Shown here in pieces: positions 9,781 to 16,766 of a stretch of DNA of 41,616 nt. The notes beneath the pieces were generated by a model, which was given only the letters and a program-made list of their open reading frames with translations, was not told the DNA's origin and did not search any database. The stretch comes from Candidatus Peribacteraceae bacterium. GTDB taxonomy: Bacteria; Patescibacteriota; Gracilibacteria; Peribacterales; Peribacteraceae. The translations under genes and the position numbers were made by a program. Location: positions 1 through 41,616 of the forward strand of contig JBAYNS010000001.1 in NCBI GenBank assembly GCA_041678625.1, written 5' to 3'. Every line of letters starts with the position of its first letter. Position 1 is the first letter of the stretch.

Positions 9781-10926
9781 TCACTCCTGTGTAATTTCGT
9801 CCCCTTCATCCGATTGCTGGAGCCGTTGCTCGAATTGATCGAGTAATTGCCTAAGTGTCGTGAGGGTGCCGGTGAGGAGATTTTTTCCGGTCTTCAGTCG
9901 ACTCATCAGATTCTGATCCTCCCGCGTACTTGTGAGGAATCGGGCCAGTCTGGGGTTTATGCGTTCAAGTTGTTCCTTGAACGTACGTTTGCTCTTCTGT
10001 AGGCGCGCATCTGCAACGTGCAGAGTGCCTGCATAGATTTTCAAACATTGCTCTTCGAAGCTATTCTCTCCATTCAACTGGAGCTGGTGATCATCGTTGT
10101 CCTGTGTGCGGGTCCAGAGGATTCCTTCGTCCGGAGTTGCGGTGCCGCAGGCAACGGTAATCGGGCATTCATTGGGGAGTTCCTCATGGAATTCAGCGCG
10201 GAGAGAGGGTCTGGTGAGATCCACAGTCTTGCGAAGGTGTTCATCCTGAGTAATTTCTTTTTGGTATCGATCGCCGACGGCAGTGAGAAAATCGTTTTGG
10301 AGAGGTGCATCTCCCTGCAAAATGATTGCGAATTCATCTCCTCCTATGGCAGTTGGTGTCACGTTCAATCTGTAGTCGCGTTCCAGCCAAAGGCGCGTTG
10401 GACCGCTGGTCTCCGTAAGCACTCTGGAGATTCCCTGGAGGCACAAACCGGTGTTCACATGACCGATGTATTTTCTAATCTGTCTTGTTCCATCCATGTC
10501 GAAAGCGATCAGCCCCATGTGCTTGAGGGTCTCCGGCGATGAAGCATGTTTCATAGCACAGCGTTCGAGGTGTTGCTTCACCAGTAGTTGACCAAACCTC
10601 TGTGATTTAATGCGGTGTTCTGGGGTGGAGTACACGTGATTCCAGAGGATATGCATGACGTGGTCTCGTGTTATTGCTTCGATGTCGCGTGCCGCTTTAT
10701 CGGGGAGTTCTCCCTCACGGGGCAAACCCCCATCAATTCTCTGGAGTGTGATGGAAGCATTAAGAAGCTGCTGCACTCTCTCATTGAGACGGCCCGCCAG
10801 ATAGGCAGTACTGCGCAGATGGTCTGGTTTCGGAAAATCACGCGTGTGCGCTTCCTGCAGCGCATGCATGGTTTCTGCCAGTATCGTATCTCTGCTCTGG
10901 TATGTTTCGGCAGCAAATTTTGGCAT
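9781..10926 (-). CDS. divergent GGDEF-domain protein (putative nucleotide cyclase) with unknown N-domain and coiled-coil C-terminus
   Basis: Present are IAFDMDGTRQIRKYIGHVNTG, ...AIGGDEFAIIL, ...ITVACGTAT and ...HVADARLQKSKR, in the order and spacing of a GGDEF fold. Start is set at ATG 10926 because the longest ORF (starting at 11046) abuts the tRNA at 11047. Confidence 0.6.
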   Translation of the reverse strand: MPKFAAETYQSRDTILAETMHALQEAHTRDFPKPDHLRSTAYLAGRLNERVQQLLNASITLQRIDGGLPREGELPDKAARDIEAITRDHVMHILWNHVYSTPEHRIKSQRFGQLLVKQHLERCAMKHASSPETLKHMGLIAFDMDGTRQIRKYIGHVNTGLCLQGISRVLTETSGPTRLWLERDYRLNVTPTAIGGDEFAIILQGDAPLQNDFLTAVGDRYQKEITQDEHLRKTVDLTRPSLRAEFHEELPNECPITVACGTATPDEGILWTRTQDNDDHQLQLNGENSFEEQCLKIYAGTLHVADARLQKSKRTFKEQLERINPRLARFLTSTREDQNLMSRLKTGKNLLTGTLTTLRQLLDQFEQRLQQSDEGDEITQE

Positions 10927-11046
10927 GGTGACGGGCGTGGAGAGGACAGGAAAAAACCTCCAGCGCATCGCGCTCTTGCGCAGCGACGCTGGATACAATA
11001 CTACGGTACACTGCGCATATTTGTCAAATATTTTACTTGTGCTCAA

Positions 11047-11121
11047 TGGAGCGGGCGAGCGGAATCGAACCGCCGTCTTCAGCTTGGAAGGCTGACATAA
11101 TAGCCATTATACGACGCCCGC
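11047..11121 (-). tRNA. tRNA-Gly(UCC), CCA encoded
   Basis: Hand-folded cloverleaf: GCGGGCG/CGCCCGC acceptor, anticodon stem TCAGC/GCTGA, loop CTTCCAA, T-arm GGCGG-TTCGATT-CCGCT. Length 75 nt. Confidence 0.9.
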
Positions 11122-11230
11122 AGATTTTAAAGATCTTCTCACCATCATTGCCCGCAGCATTCGCAGGCAAGTGGAATCCCTGCGTACTCTGCCTACCGGC
11201 AGGCAGGCGGCAATGTCAGGGGACTGCAGC

Positions 11231-11315
11231 CTTCAGCTTGGAAGGCTGACATAATAGCCATTACCTGTCGGCCGTAGCTCCGCGTCCGCGGAGCGAAGGC
11301 TGATACGACGCCCGC
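11231..11315 (-). pseudogene. duplicated 5' part (positions 1-45) of tRNA-Gly(UCC) interrupted by a 40-nt palindromic element
   Basis: 11231-11263 is identical to 11077-11109 (33 nt) and 11304-11315 is identical to 11110-11121 (12 nt). They are separated by the insert at 11264-11303. No T-arm or 3' acceptor follows. Confidence 0.8.
11264..11303 (-). repeat. GC-rich palindromic element (CTTCG-hairpin-CTACGG..CAGG family)
   Basis: The minus-strand reading is TCAGCCTTCG-CTCCGCG-GAC-GCGGAG-CTACGGCCGACAGG. It matches the family seen at 28848, 33550, 33782, 36276 and 41498. Confidence 0.6.
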
Positions 11316-11368
11316 ATGTGGGAGTTAGAGATTGGGAATGAACGTGAGGGCAGGATACTGGAGAACGA

Positions 11369-11668
11369 TCAGTTTTGTGAAGCTCTCTCGATAGTTTTAT
11401 GAATTTTCTCTTCCGTTGGCGCCTTCCATGGATGGCAGGAGAGCAGGCGCCACAGTGCGCGCATCATGCCCAAAACCAGTCCGTAACGCATAATCATCTG
11501 TTGCGCATACTGCGAGCATGTCGGTTCGTGGCGGCAGTATCCGTATGGCCACAGGTACTGTAAAGGACCGTGATCGGGCGAAAGAGTGCGCTGGTAGAGC
11601 GCAATGATGCACAGAGTAAGCGTGCGGGGAAAACGCCAGAAAAATTGCAGAACGTTGCGCATGAGCAT
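11369..11668 (-). CDS. yidD: membrane protein insertion efficiency factor YidD
   Basis: Has YQRTLSP...CRHEPTCSQYA, the hallmark YidD motif. Length about 99 aa. Confidence 0.88.
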   Translation of the reverse strand: MLMRNVLQFFWRFPRTLTLCIIALYQRTLSPDHGPLQYLWPYGYCRHEPTCSQYAQQMIMRYGLVLGMMRALWRLLSCHPWKAPTEEKIHKTIERASQN

Positions 11669-11978
11669 GAAGAGCGGTACTCTTCAGTGTACTCTTCCTC
11701 TTTTGCCCATGCTTTCACTAGGCCAACTCTATATCGGGCTTCAGGTTGCGGTGGCGGTGCTCGTTATCGTTCTCCTCTATAATCTCCTTTTTGTTGCGGT
11801 GGATTTACGCAAGATCCTGCGTCGTGTGGACAGCGTAACGCGCCAGCTGGAGGATGTGATCATGCGTCCCATTTCTATGGCGGATGTCATATTCAATTGG
11901 ATTATGGAGTACATAGAGAACGATCAGAAAGCAAAAGAAAAGAAGCAGAAGAAAGACAAAAAATCTGTCAAAAAATAA
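11661..11978 (+). CDS. small membrane protein with Lys-rich C-terminus (hypothetical)
   Basis: One TM helix (LQVAVAVLVIVLLYNLLFVAV) and a KEKKQKKDKKSVKK tail. Internal ATG at 11661. Confidence 0.5.
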   Translation: MSMKSGTLQCTLPLLPMLSLGQLYIGLQVAVAVLVIVLLYNLLFVAVDLRKILRRVDSVTRQLEDVIMRPISMADVIFNWIMEYIENDQKAKEKKQKKDKKSVKK

Positions 11979-11989
11979 CTTTCTTTTCC

Positions 11990-12277
11990 ATGCCAACTCC
12001 ACCTTCTACAGAAAAGCAGTTAATCAAATCCATTGATGAGCTCAATGCCACATTACGTTTGTTTTTGGGGCAGCGCACTATCCTTGGTCGTCCGACCAAA
12101 GTGCTTGGCCTCTACTTTTTACGCGGCGTTCTGTATGGCGTTGGCATTCTCTTTACCATTGTCATTATCGTGCCCATTATCATCTGGCTTTTGCACTGGA
12201 TAGAATGGGTTCCTCTGCTGGGGGATTTCCTTGCACAGGTTGTTGCACGCATGGAACAGGCGATGCAATTACGGTAG
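11990..12277 (+). CDS. small membrane protein (hypothetical)
   Basis: ATG at 11990 (MPTPPSTEKQ...) and one or two TM helices (VLYGVGILFTIVIIVPIIIWLL). Confidence 0.5.
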   Translation: MPTPPSTEKQLIKSIDELNATLRLFLGQRTILGRPTKVLGLYFLRGVLYGVGILFTIVIIVPIIIWLLHWIEWVPLLGDFLAQVVARMEQAMQLR

Positions 12278-12348
12278 AGAGATACTTTTCTCTCATGCCA
12301 AAATCCGCCGGTACAGACAAAGGAAAGAATCTGGAGTCAGTCGGATTC

Positions 12349-12852
12349 TTATAGTACAGGCTGATTGTCGATGAAGACCCGAATGAAGAGGCGCTTGAGA
12401 ACGTCGTAGGATGCTTCCAGCAGATTTGCGAGCAGGGAGTTTAAGCGGCGGATGCGTGCGTAGAGTTCATTGAGTTTGTAGGCAGCACCCGGCCTAGCTG
12501 CACGCCTAGCTGCACGCCGGATATCCTTTTGTAGGAGTTGAACTTCTTTCTCTATGTGCTTAGCCAGCTGCGCGCGCATGATGCGTTCGTCAGGAATAGC
12601 AGCAATAGCCTGATCGCGGGCAGATGTTCCCTGTTGCCCCTGCGCAGTTGCCCCCGTTGTGGCTCCGCCACCGGCGCTACCCAAATCACTTGAGCGATCC
12701 TCACTTACGCGTTCGCTGATTCGATCAAGCAGCGAAAGCGTCTCCAGGAGACCCTCGAGTTTTTTTGGTTGCTGGACAACCAGGGTGCCGTGCATCTCCA
12801 GGGAACTTTCCTGGTTGTGCAGCCCTTTTTCCACTGGCTTCTTGGAGTCCAT
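12349..12852 (-). CDS. hypothetical protein
   Basis: 167-aa ORF with a low-complexity G/A/T stretch and a helical C-terminal half. It contains an in-frame 12-nt tandem duplication at 12493-12516. Confidence 0.5.
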   Translation of the reverse strand: MDSKKPVEKGLHNQESSLEMHGTLVVQQPKKLEGLLETLSLLDRISERVSEDRSSDLGSAGGGATTGATAQGQQGTSARDQAIAAIPDERIMRAQLAKHIEKEVQLLQKDIRRAARRAARPGAAYKLNELYARIRRLNSLLANLLEASYDVLKRLFIRVFIDNQPVL

Positions 12853-12954
12853 TGTTCACATATATTTTCTCTCTTTTTAGCCTAAAAGTCAATTGCAGAT
12901 AAACGCAGAAGATCGTGGTATTCTTCAGTGGTATTTTCCTTACCAGTTGATTTC

Positions 12955-13296
12955 ATGCCTGATGACACTATCTTCCACAAAATTCTCCGAAAGGAAATTC
13001 CTGCAAATGTCGTTTATGAAGATGATGAAGTGCTCGTTTTCAAAGACATCAATCCAAAAGCTACGACACATTTGCTCTTCATCGCAAAAAAAGCGGAGAA
13101 TTTCACTCCTTCCATTGCAGATCTAACAGAAGAGACGGAGCATGTACCGTTACTACTTATTCGCAAAGCACAGCACTTCGCAAAGGACAACGGGATCGAT
13201 GGCTACCAGCTTAAGTTCCACGTTGGAAAGAGCGGGGGGCAGGAAGTGTTCTTCCTCCATCTGCATTTTCTGAGTCAGGAGACTTTAGGAAATTAG
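12955..13296 (+). CDS. HIT-family (histidine triad) nucleotide hydrolase
   Basis: N-terminus IFHKILRKEIPANVVYEDDEVLVFKDINPKATTHLL and histidine triad HLHLHFL near the C-terminus. Confidence 0.88.
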   Translation: MPDDTIFHKILRKEIPANVVYEDDEVLVFKDINPKATTHLLFIAKKAENFTPSIADLTEETEHVPLLLIRKAQHFAKDNGIDGYQLKFHVGKSGGQEVFFLHLHFLSQETLGN

Positions 13297-13558
13297 GAAC
13301 TAGAAACTAGGAGTTAGGAAGTTAGGAACTAGGAGTTAGGAAGTTAGGAACTAGGAAGTTAGCAAAAATAGGAAATCGTTGCAGTAATACCTAAGGAACC
13401 TCTGAAAAATTACCAAAATGTCATCCTGAGGCCGTTCGAAGGATAGACATTTTGGCTTCTGTACATGGTTCGAGCGACCTCACCATGACAGAAGCCAGAG
13501 TTTTTCAGAGGTTCCCTAACTCCTAACTTCCTATCCTCTATCTCCTAACTTCCTAACC
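13284..13558. repeat. nested inverted repeat: 7-8-nt TAGGA-type tandem repeats (arms) around a ~120-nt three-way-junction palindrome
   Basis: The left arm (13284-13363) consists of TTAGGAAC/TAGGAGT/TAGGAAG units and the right arm (13516-13558) is their complement. The inner stem is GGAACCTCTGAAAAA (13395-13409) pairing with TTTTTCAGAGGTTCC (13501-15). Two internal hairpins are present: CCAAAATGTC..GACATTTTGG and GGCTTCTGT..ACAGAAGCC. Confidence 0.8.
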
Positions 13559-14974
13559 TGAATACCCAGCAGCTTCCGCCTCTTTCTCATCTTTAAAGTA
13601 CACGCGATTCTCCTCTTTGATCTTCTTTCCCTGTGCGGAGTCCGCCGCGTAGTACTTCTTACCGGTCTGAGAAGCAACAAAGGCACCACTCTTTGAAGCA
13701 GCTTTCTTTTTCTCAGAAGGAGATTTCTTCGTTGAATCTTCTCCCGTTTCTTTTGTTTCCTTTTCTTCCTTTTTCTCCTTCCCTTCCCTTTTTTCTTTGC
13801 TCTTCGTTGCTTCTAGCTCTGTTTTGCGCTGTGCTTCCTCTTCCTCGCGCTCCTTTTTGATCCGCTCGAGTGTTGCTTTATCAATAGGTTGCAGTGCTTT
13901 GATGGAAAGTCCAATGCGGCGTTCATCAATATCGATATTGATCACCTGTGCATCAACTTTTTGGCCGATAGTGAGCACTTCGGCGGGATCCATAACCTTG
14001 TGATGGGCGAGCTCCGTGAGGTGCACCAGTCCATTGATATCGCTCTCCAGTTTTACAAAGGCGCCGTAATCCGCAAAACGTACCACCGTGCCGGCAACCT
14101 TTTTGCCGACCGGGTAGCGTTCGGCGATCTCTTCCCACGGGTCCTTTGTGAGTTGCTTGATGGATAGAGAGAGTTTGTCGCCATCAATGCCGATCACTTT
14201 CACGGTAACCTTATCGCCGTTCTCTGCGAATTCCGCCGGATTCTTCACGTGTCCCCAGGCAATTTCTGAAATATGCACGAGTCCTTCCAATCCATCGAAT
14301 GCAACGAATAGGCCGAATTTGACGATTCCGGTGACGATACCTTCCTTTGTGTCGCCGATAGTGAGTTTCTCCAGAGACTTGGAGCGCTCCTCTGCCATGG
14401 CTTCGCGTTCGGAAACCACGATTTTCCCGGCCTCCTCATCCATGGTGATAATTTTGATCGTAAAGGTGTGGCCAACGTATTTCTGCAGCCGGCCAATAAT
14501 TTCATTCGCATCAGCGTTGTTCACGCGTGGGTAGTGAGCCGGCGCAAGTTGGCTTACTGGCAGGAATGTACGAATACCATCAATGTTTGCAAGCAGACCT
14601 CCCTTATTAGCTTCCTGCGGGATGAATTTCATAGTTCTCTCGTTGTCGATGAGTTCATGGAAGCGATCCCACGCTTTCTGCTGGCTGGCCATACGCAAGC
14701 TCAGCACCACCATGCCTTCATCATTTTCTTCCTCGAGTACCATGGCCATTACCATGTCGCCGAGTTTGGTGCTGCGGAACGTGTTGAACGAATCACGCAG
14801 CTCACGTCCTGTAACAATACCGGTGGATCCTCCTGGCAGGTCCAAGAGCAATTTATTCTTTCCACGATAGACAACAGCGCCTTCCACAAGTTCACCGGGA
14901 CGGTGAATGACAATAGGAGGGGAAGCCCGAAGAAGGTCTTCCATAATGGTGTTTTTTACTGCAAGAGCGGCCAT
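13553..14974 (-). CDS. rpsA: 30S ribosomal protein S1 with Lys/Glu-rich linker and C-terminal sunset/Ada-like domain lacking Cys
   Basis: Four S1 OB-fold repeats, for example GELVEGAVV, GDTKEGIVTGIVKFGLFVAF and GKKVAGTVVRFADYGAFVKL. Start at ATG 14974 (MAALAVKN...); an alternative ATG is at 14944. The C-terminus reads GKKYYAADSAQGKKIKEENRVYFKDEKEAEAAGY. Confidence 0.88.
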   Translation of the reverse strand: MAALAVKNTIMEDLLRASPPIVIHRPGELVEGAVVYRGKNKLLLDLPGGSTGIVTGRELRDSFNTFRSTKLGDMVMAMVLEEENDEGMVVLSLRMASQQKAWDRFHELIDNERTMKFIPQEANKGGLLANIDGIRTFLPVSQLAPAHYPRVNNADANEIIGRLQKYVGHTFTIKIITMDEEAGKIVVSEREAMAEERSKSLEKLTIGDTKEGIVTGIVKFGLFVAFDGLEGLVHISEIAWGHVKNPAEFAENGDKVTVKVIGIDGDKLSLSIKQLTKDPWEEIAERYPVGKKVAGTVVRFADYGAFVKLESDINGLVHLTELAHHKVMDPAEVLTIGQKVDAQVINIDIDERRIGLSIKALQPIDKATLERIKKEREEEEAQRKTELEATKSKEKREGKEKKEEKETKETGEDSTKKSPSEKKKAASKSGAFVASQTGKKYYAADSAQGKKIKEENRVYFKDEKEAEAAGYSG

Positions 14975-15145
14975 GGTAAAGGGGGGTGCAAGTGGGAGGA
15001 AACAAGAGGAAGGAGGAACGGTGCCCTTGCACGAGCAGCACGCTATCCTCACCAAAAGAGCATCGCAGGAGTTTTAAATAATGTCAAACGAAATGCTCAC
15101 AGAGACTGATGGCATCGTCACAGGTATTTTGCTTTTCCACGCAGC

Positions 15146-15994
15146 CTAAATCACCAGTCTTTCGGTATTCAGATCGTTGGGGAGCTTCTGTTCCTGGCTG
15201 CTCATAGGGTTGTACATCTCGTAGTAGAGCTGAATGAGTTCCTGTGTTGTGAGCCTCCGTGATGCAATACCAACGTTGTGGAGACCGGATTGCGCCAGGT
15301 TAACACGATCACGCAGCAAAATGCTGCGCTGCTGAAAACGTTGATTCCTCTGACTGATCTTGGCAGAGGAATCATCGGTGTGAATCCAGCTGAAGAACTG
15401 TGTAACGGTGTTCTTCCGTGGCGGGTTATCGTCTTGCGGGATAACAAGATAGAAGCGTTTTTGCATGATGTCGGCGACATCCACGAGTTTCTCCACAAAC
15501 GCTGCGTACATCAACGATTGATCTTTCAGAAGTTCATTCTTGAACATATTCGCCCGTGCACGAATCTTATCGATGTAGGGATCAATGTTCACTTTGGTCG
15601 AACGGATCACGATCTGGATGGGGAACGAGAGCGTATTGAGGAATTGCTGATAGCCGGCAATGATTCCTTCTTGCTCCGTTTCACTCTTCAGGTTGAAGTT
15701 CAGAGGTTCCACCAAGATGACGGCGCGCAATCCACCATTCTTGAGAATGACAGTGTCGTTGCGAATTTCGGCAATCGGAACGTAGCGTTGTGTGGAAGCA
15801 GATTTGCTGCGCTTCCGTTGTCGTACGGTGTCTTTTACACGCTCGAGGATATTTTGCTTCTTCTTTTTCTTTGTATCACCGTCCTCATCCTCTTCATTCA
15901 GAAGATCATCGGTGAGATTTTCATCCAGTGTACCTTTCTGCATTGTTGCGGAGTGCTTATCATCCTTAGCCGGAGGTGTGTTTTTATGAGCCAT
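15146..15994 (-). CDS. VirB4/TraC-like conjugation ATPase, N-terminal domain only (no Walker motifs)
   Basis: TQRYVPIAEIRNDTVILKNGGLRAVILVEPLNFNLKSETEQEGIIAGYQQFLNTLSFPIQIVIRS resembles the N-terminal region of Gram-positive/CPR VirB4-like ATPases. The ORF stops after 282 aa with no P-loop. ATG 15994 lies 4 nt after the prgI-like stop. Confidence 0.55.
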   Translation of the reverse strand: MAHKNTPPAKDDKHSATMQKGTLDENLTDDLLNEEDEDGDTKKKKKQNILERVKDTVRQRKRSKSASTQRYVPIAEIRNDTVILKNGGLRAVILVEPLNFNLKSETEQEGIIAGYQQFLNTLSFPIQIVIRSTKVNIDPYIDKIRARANMFKNELLKDQSLMYAAFVEKLVDVADIMQKRFYLVIPQDDNPPRKNTVTQFFSWIHTDDSSAKISQRNQRFQQRSILLRDRVNLAQSGLHNVGIASRRLTTQELIQLYYEMYNPMSSQEQKLPNDLNTERLVI

Positions 15995-15998
15995 AGGA

Positions 15999-16625
15999 TT
16001 ACGCAGAAGGTGGGGCAATATCGCGAATGACCGGTGCCTGCTTTGCACTGGTGGGCATGTGAGCCACACCGTCCAACGATCCCTGTTTGTTTCTTTCCAG
16101 AGGATCCACAGAGACACGTTCCGGATTTACGGCTTTTGGTTGTTCCTCTGTCGCTTCCTCCCCCTTTTCCTTTGCGACAACTGGTGCACCATCTTTTGAT
16201 GGTCGTTCATCCAGAAGAGAGCTCAATTGCTCAAATTTCCCCTGCATTGGCTCCGTTTGCGCGCGCGCGATATGTGCATCCTGTTGCGTATTAAAGTACG
16301 TCCGGACATTGATGGCGATACCTGTGCGTGGTTCAAATGCACGCAGATTCGGCTTCTCCCATCCTTCAACTGCCAACAGAATAATTTTGAGCAGGCTTAA
16401 ATTCTGAAATCGTATAAAAGCGAATGCTGCCGTAATGAGCAGGGGAGTCCATGCCACAATGAGATGTCCCGTATTCACCGGACCTGCTGCTTTCATGCCA
16501 TTCCAAATTACAAAGCTGATACCGCCGCCGATCAAACAGATGATGACCTGCCTGAGCGTGATGGGCCCGATCAGACGATCTTCGATCTGTACGTCCTGTG
16601 GAATTTTGACAGGTTCGATGGGCAT
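15999..16625 (-). CDS. PrgI family (VirB3-like) membrane protein
   Basis: Has IPQDVQIEDRLIGPITLRQVIICLIGGGISFVIW plus a second TM helix, the typical PrgI signature. It sits directly upstream of the VirB4-like ORF. Confidence 0.7.
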   Translation of the reverse strand: MPIEPVKIPQDVQIEDRLIGPITLRQVIICLIGGGISFVIWNGMKAAGPVNTGHLIVAWTPLLITAAFAFIRFQNLSLLKIILLAVEGWEKPNLRAFEPRTGIAINVRTYFNTQQDAHIARAQTEPMQGKFEQLSSLLDERPSKDGAPVVAKEKGEEATEEQPKAVNPERVSVDPLERNKQGSLDGVAHMPTSAKQAPVIRDIAPPSA

Positions 16626-16645
16626 AAAATGCGAGAAATCACTTT

Positions 16646-16654
16646 ATTATAGCA
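16646..16654 (-). promoter_or_regulatory. candidate extended -10 promoter (TGCTATAAT on minus strand) for the prgI-like operon
   Basis: The reverse complement of attatagca is TGCTATAAT, about 20 nt upstream of ATG 16625. Confidence 0.45.
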
Positions 16655-16766
16655 GAAAATCGCCATTCTCGCTTGTGTCCTACTATTGTCAGATTGCGTA
16701 AATAGTTTCTTATTTGCTATAAACGCGATAGGTCTTCTTTTGCTGATATTGCCAATTATTCCTAGA

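Noticed and set aside
12493-12516. A perfect 12-nt tandem duplication (CCTAGCTGCACG x2) inside ORF 12349..12852.
   Set aside because: It is in-frame, encodes an RRAARRAAR-type low-complexity stretch, and is consistent with ordinary replication slippage. Nothing further is associated with it.
13284-13363. The tandem short repeats could be mistaken for a CRISPR array.
   Set aside because: Units are only 7-8 nt and directly abut each other with no spacers. The complementary tract on the other side forms a palindrome, and no cas genes are in the window.
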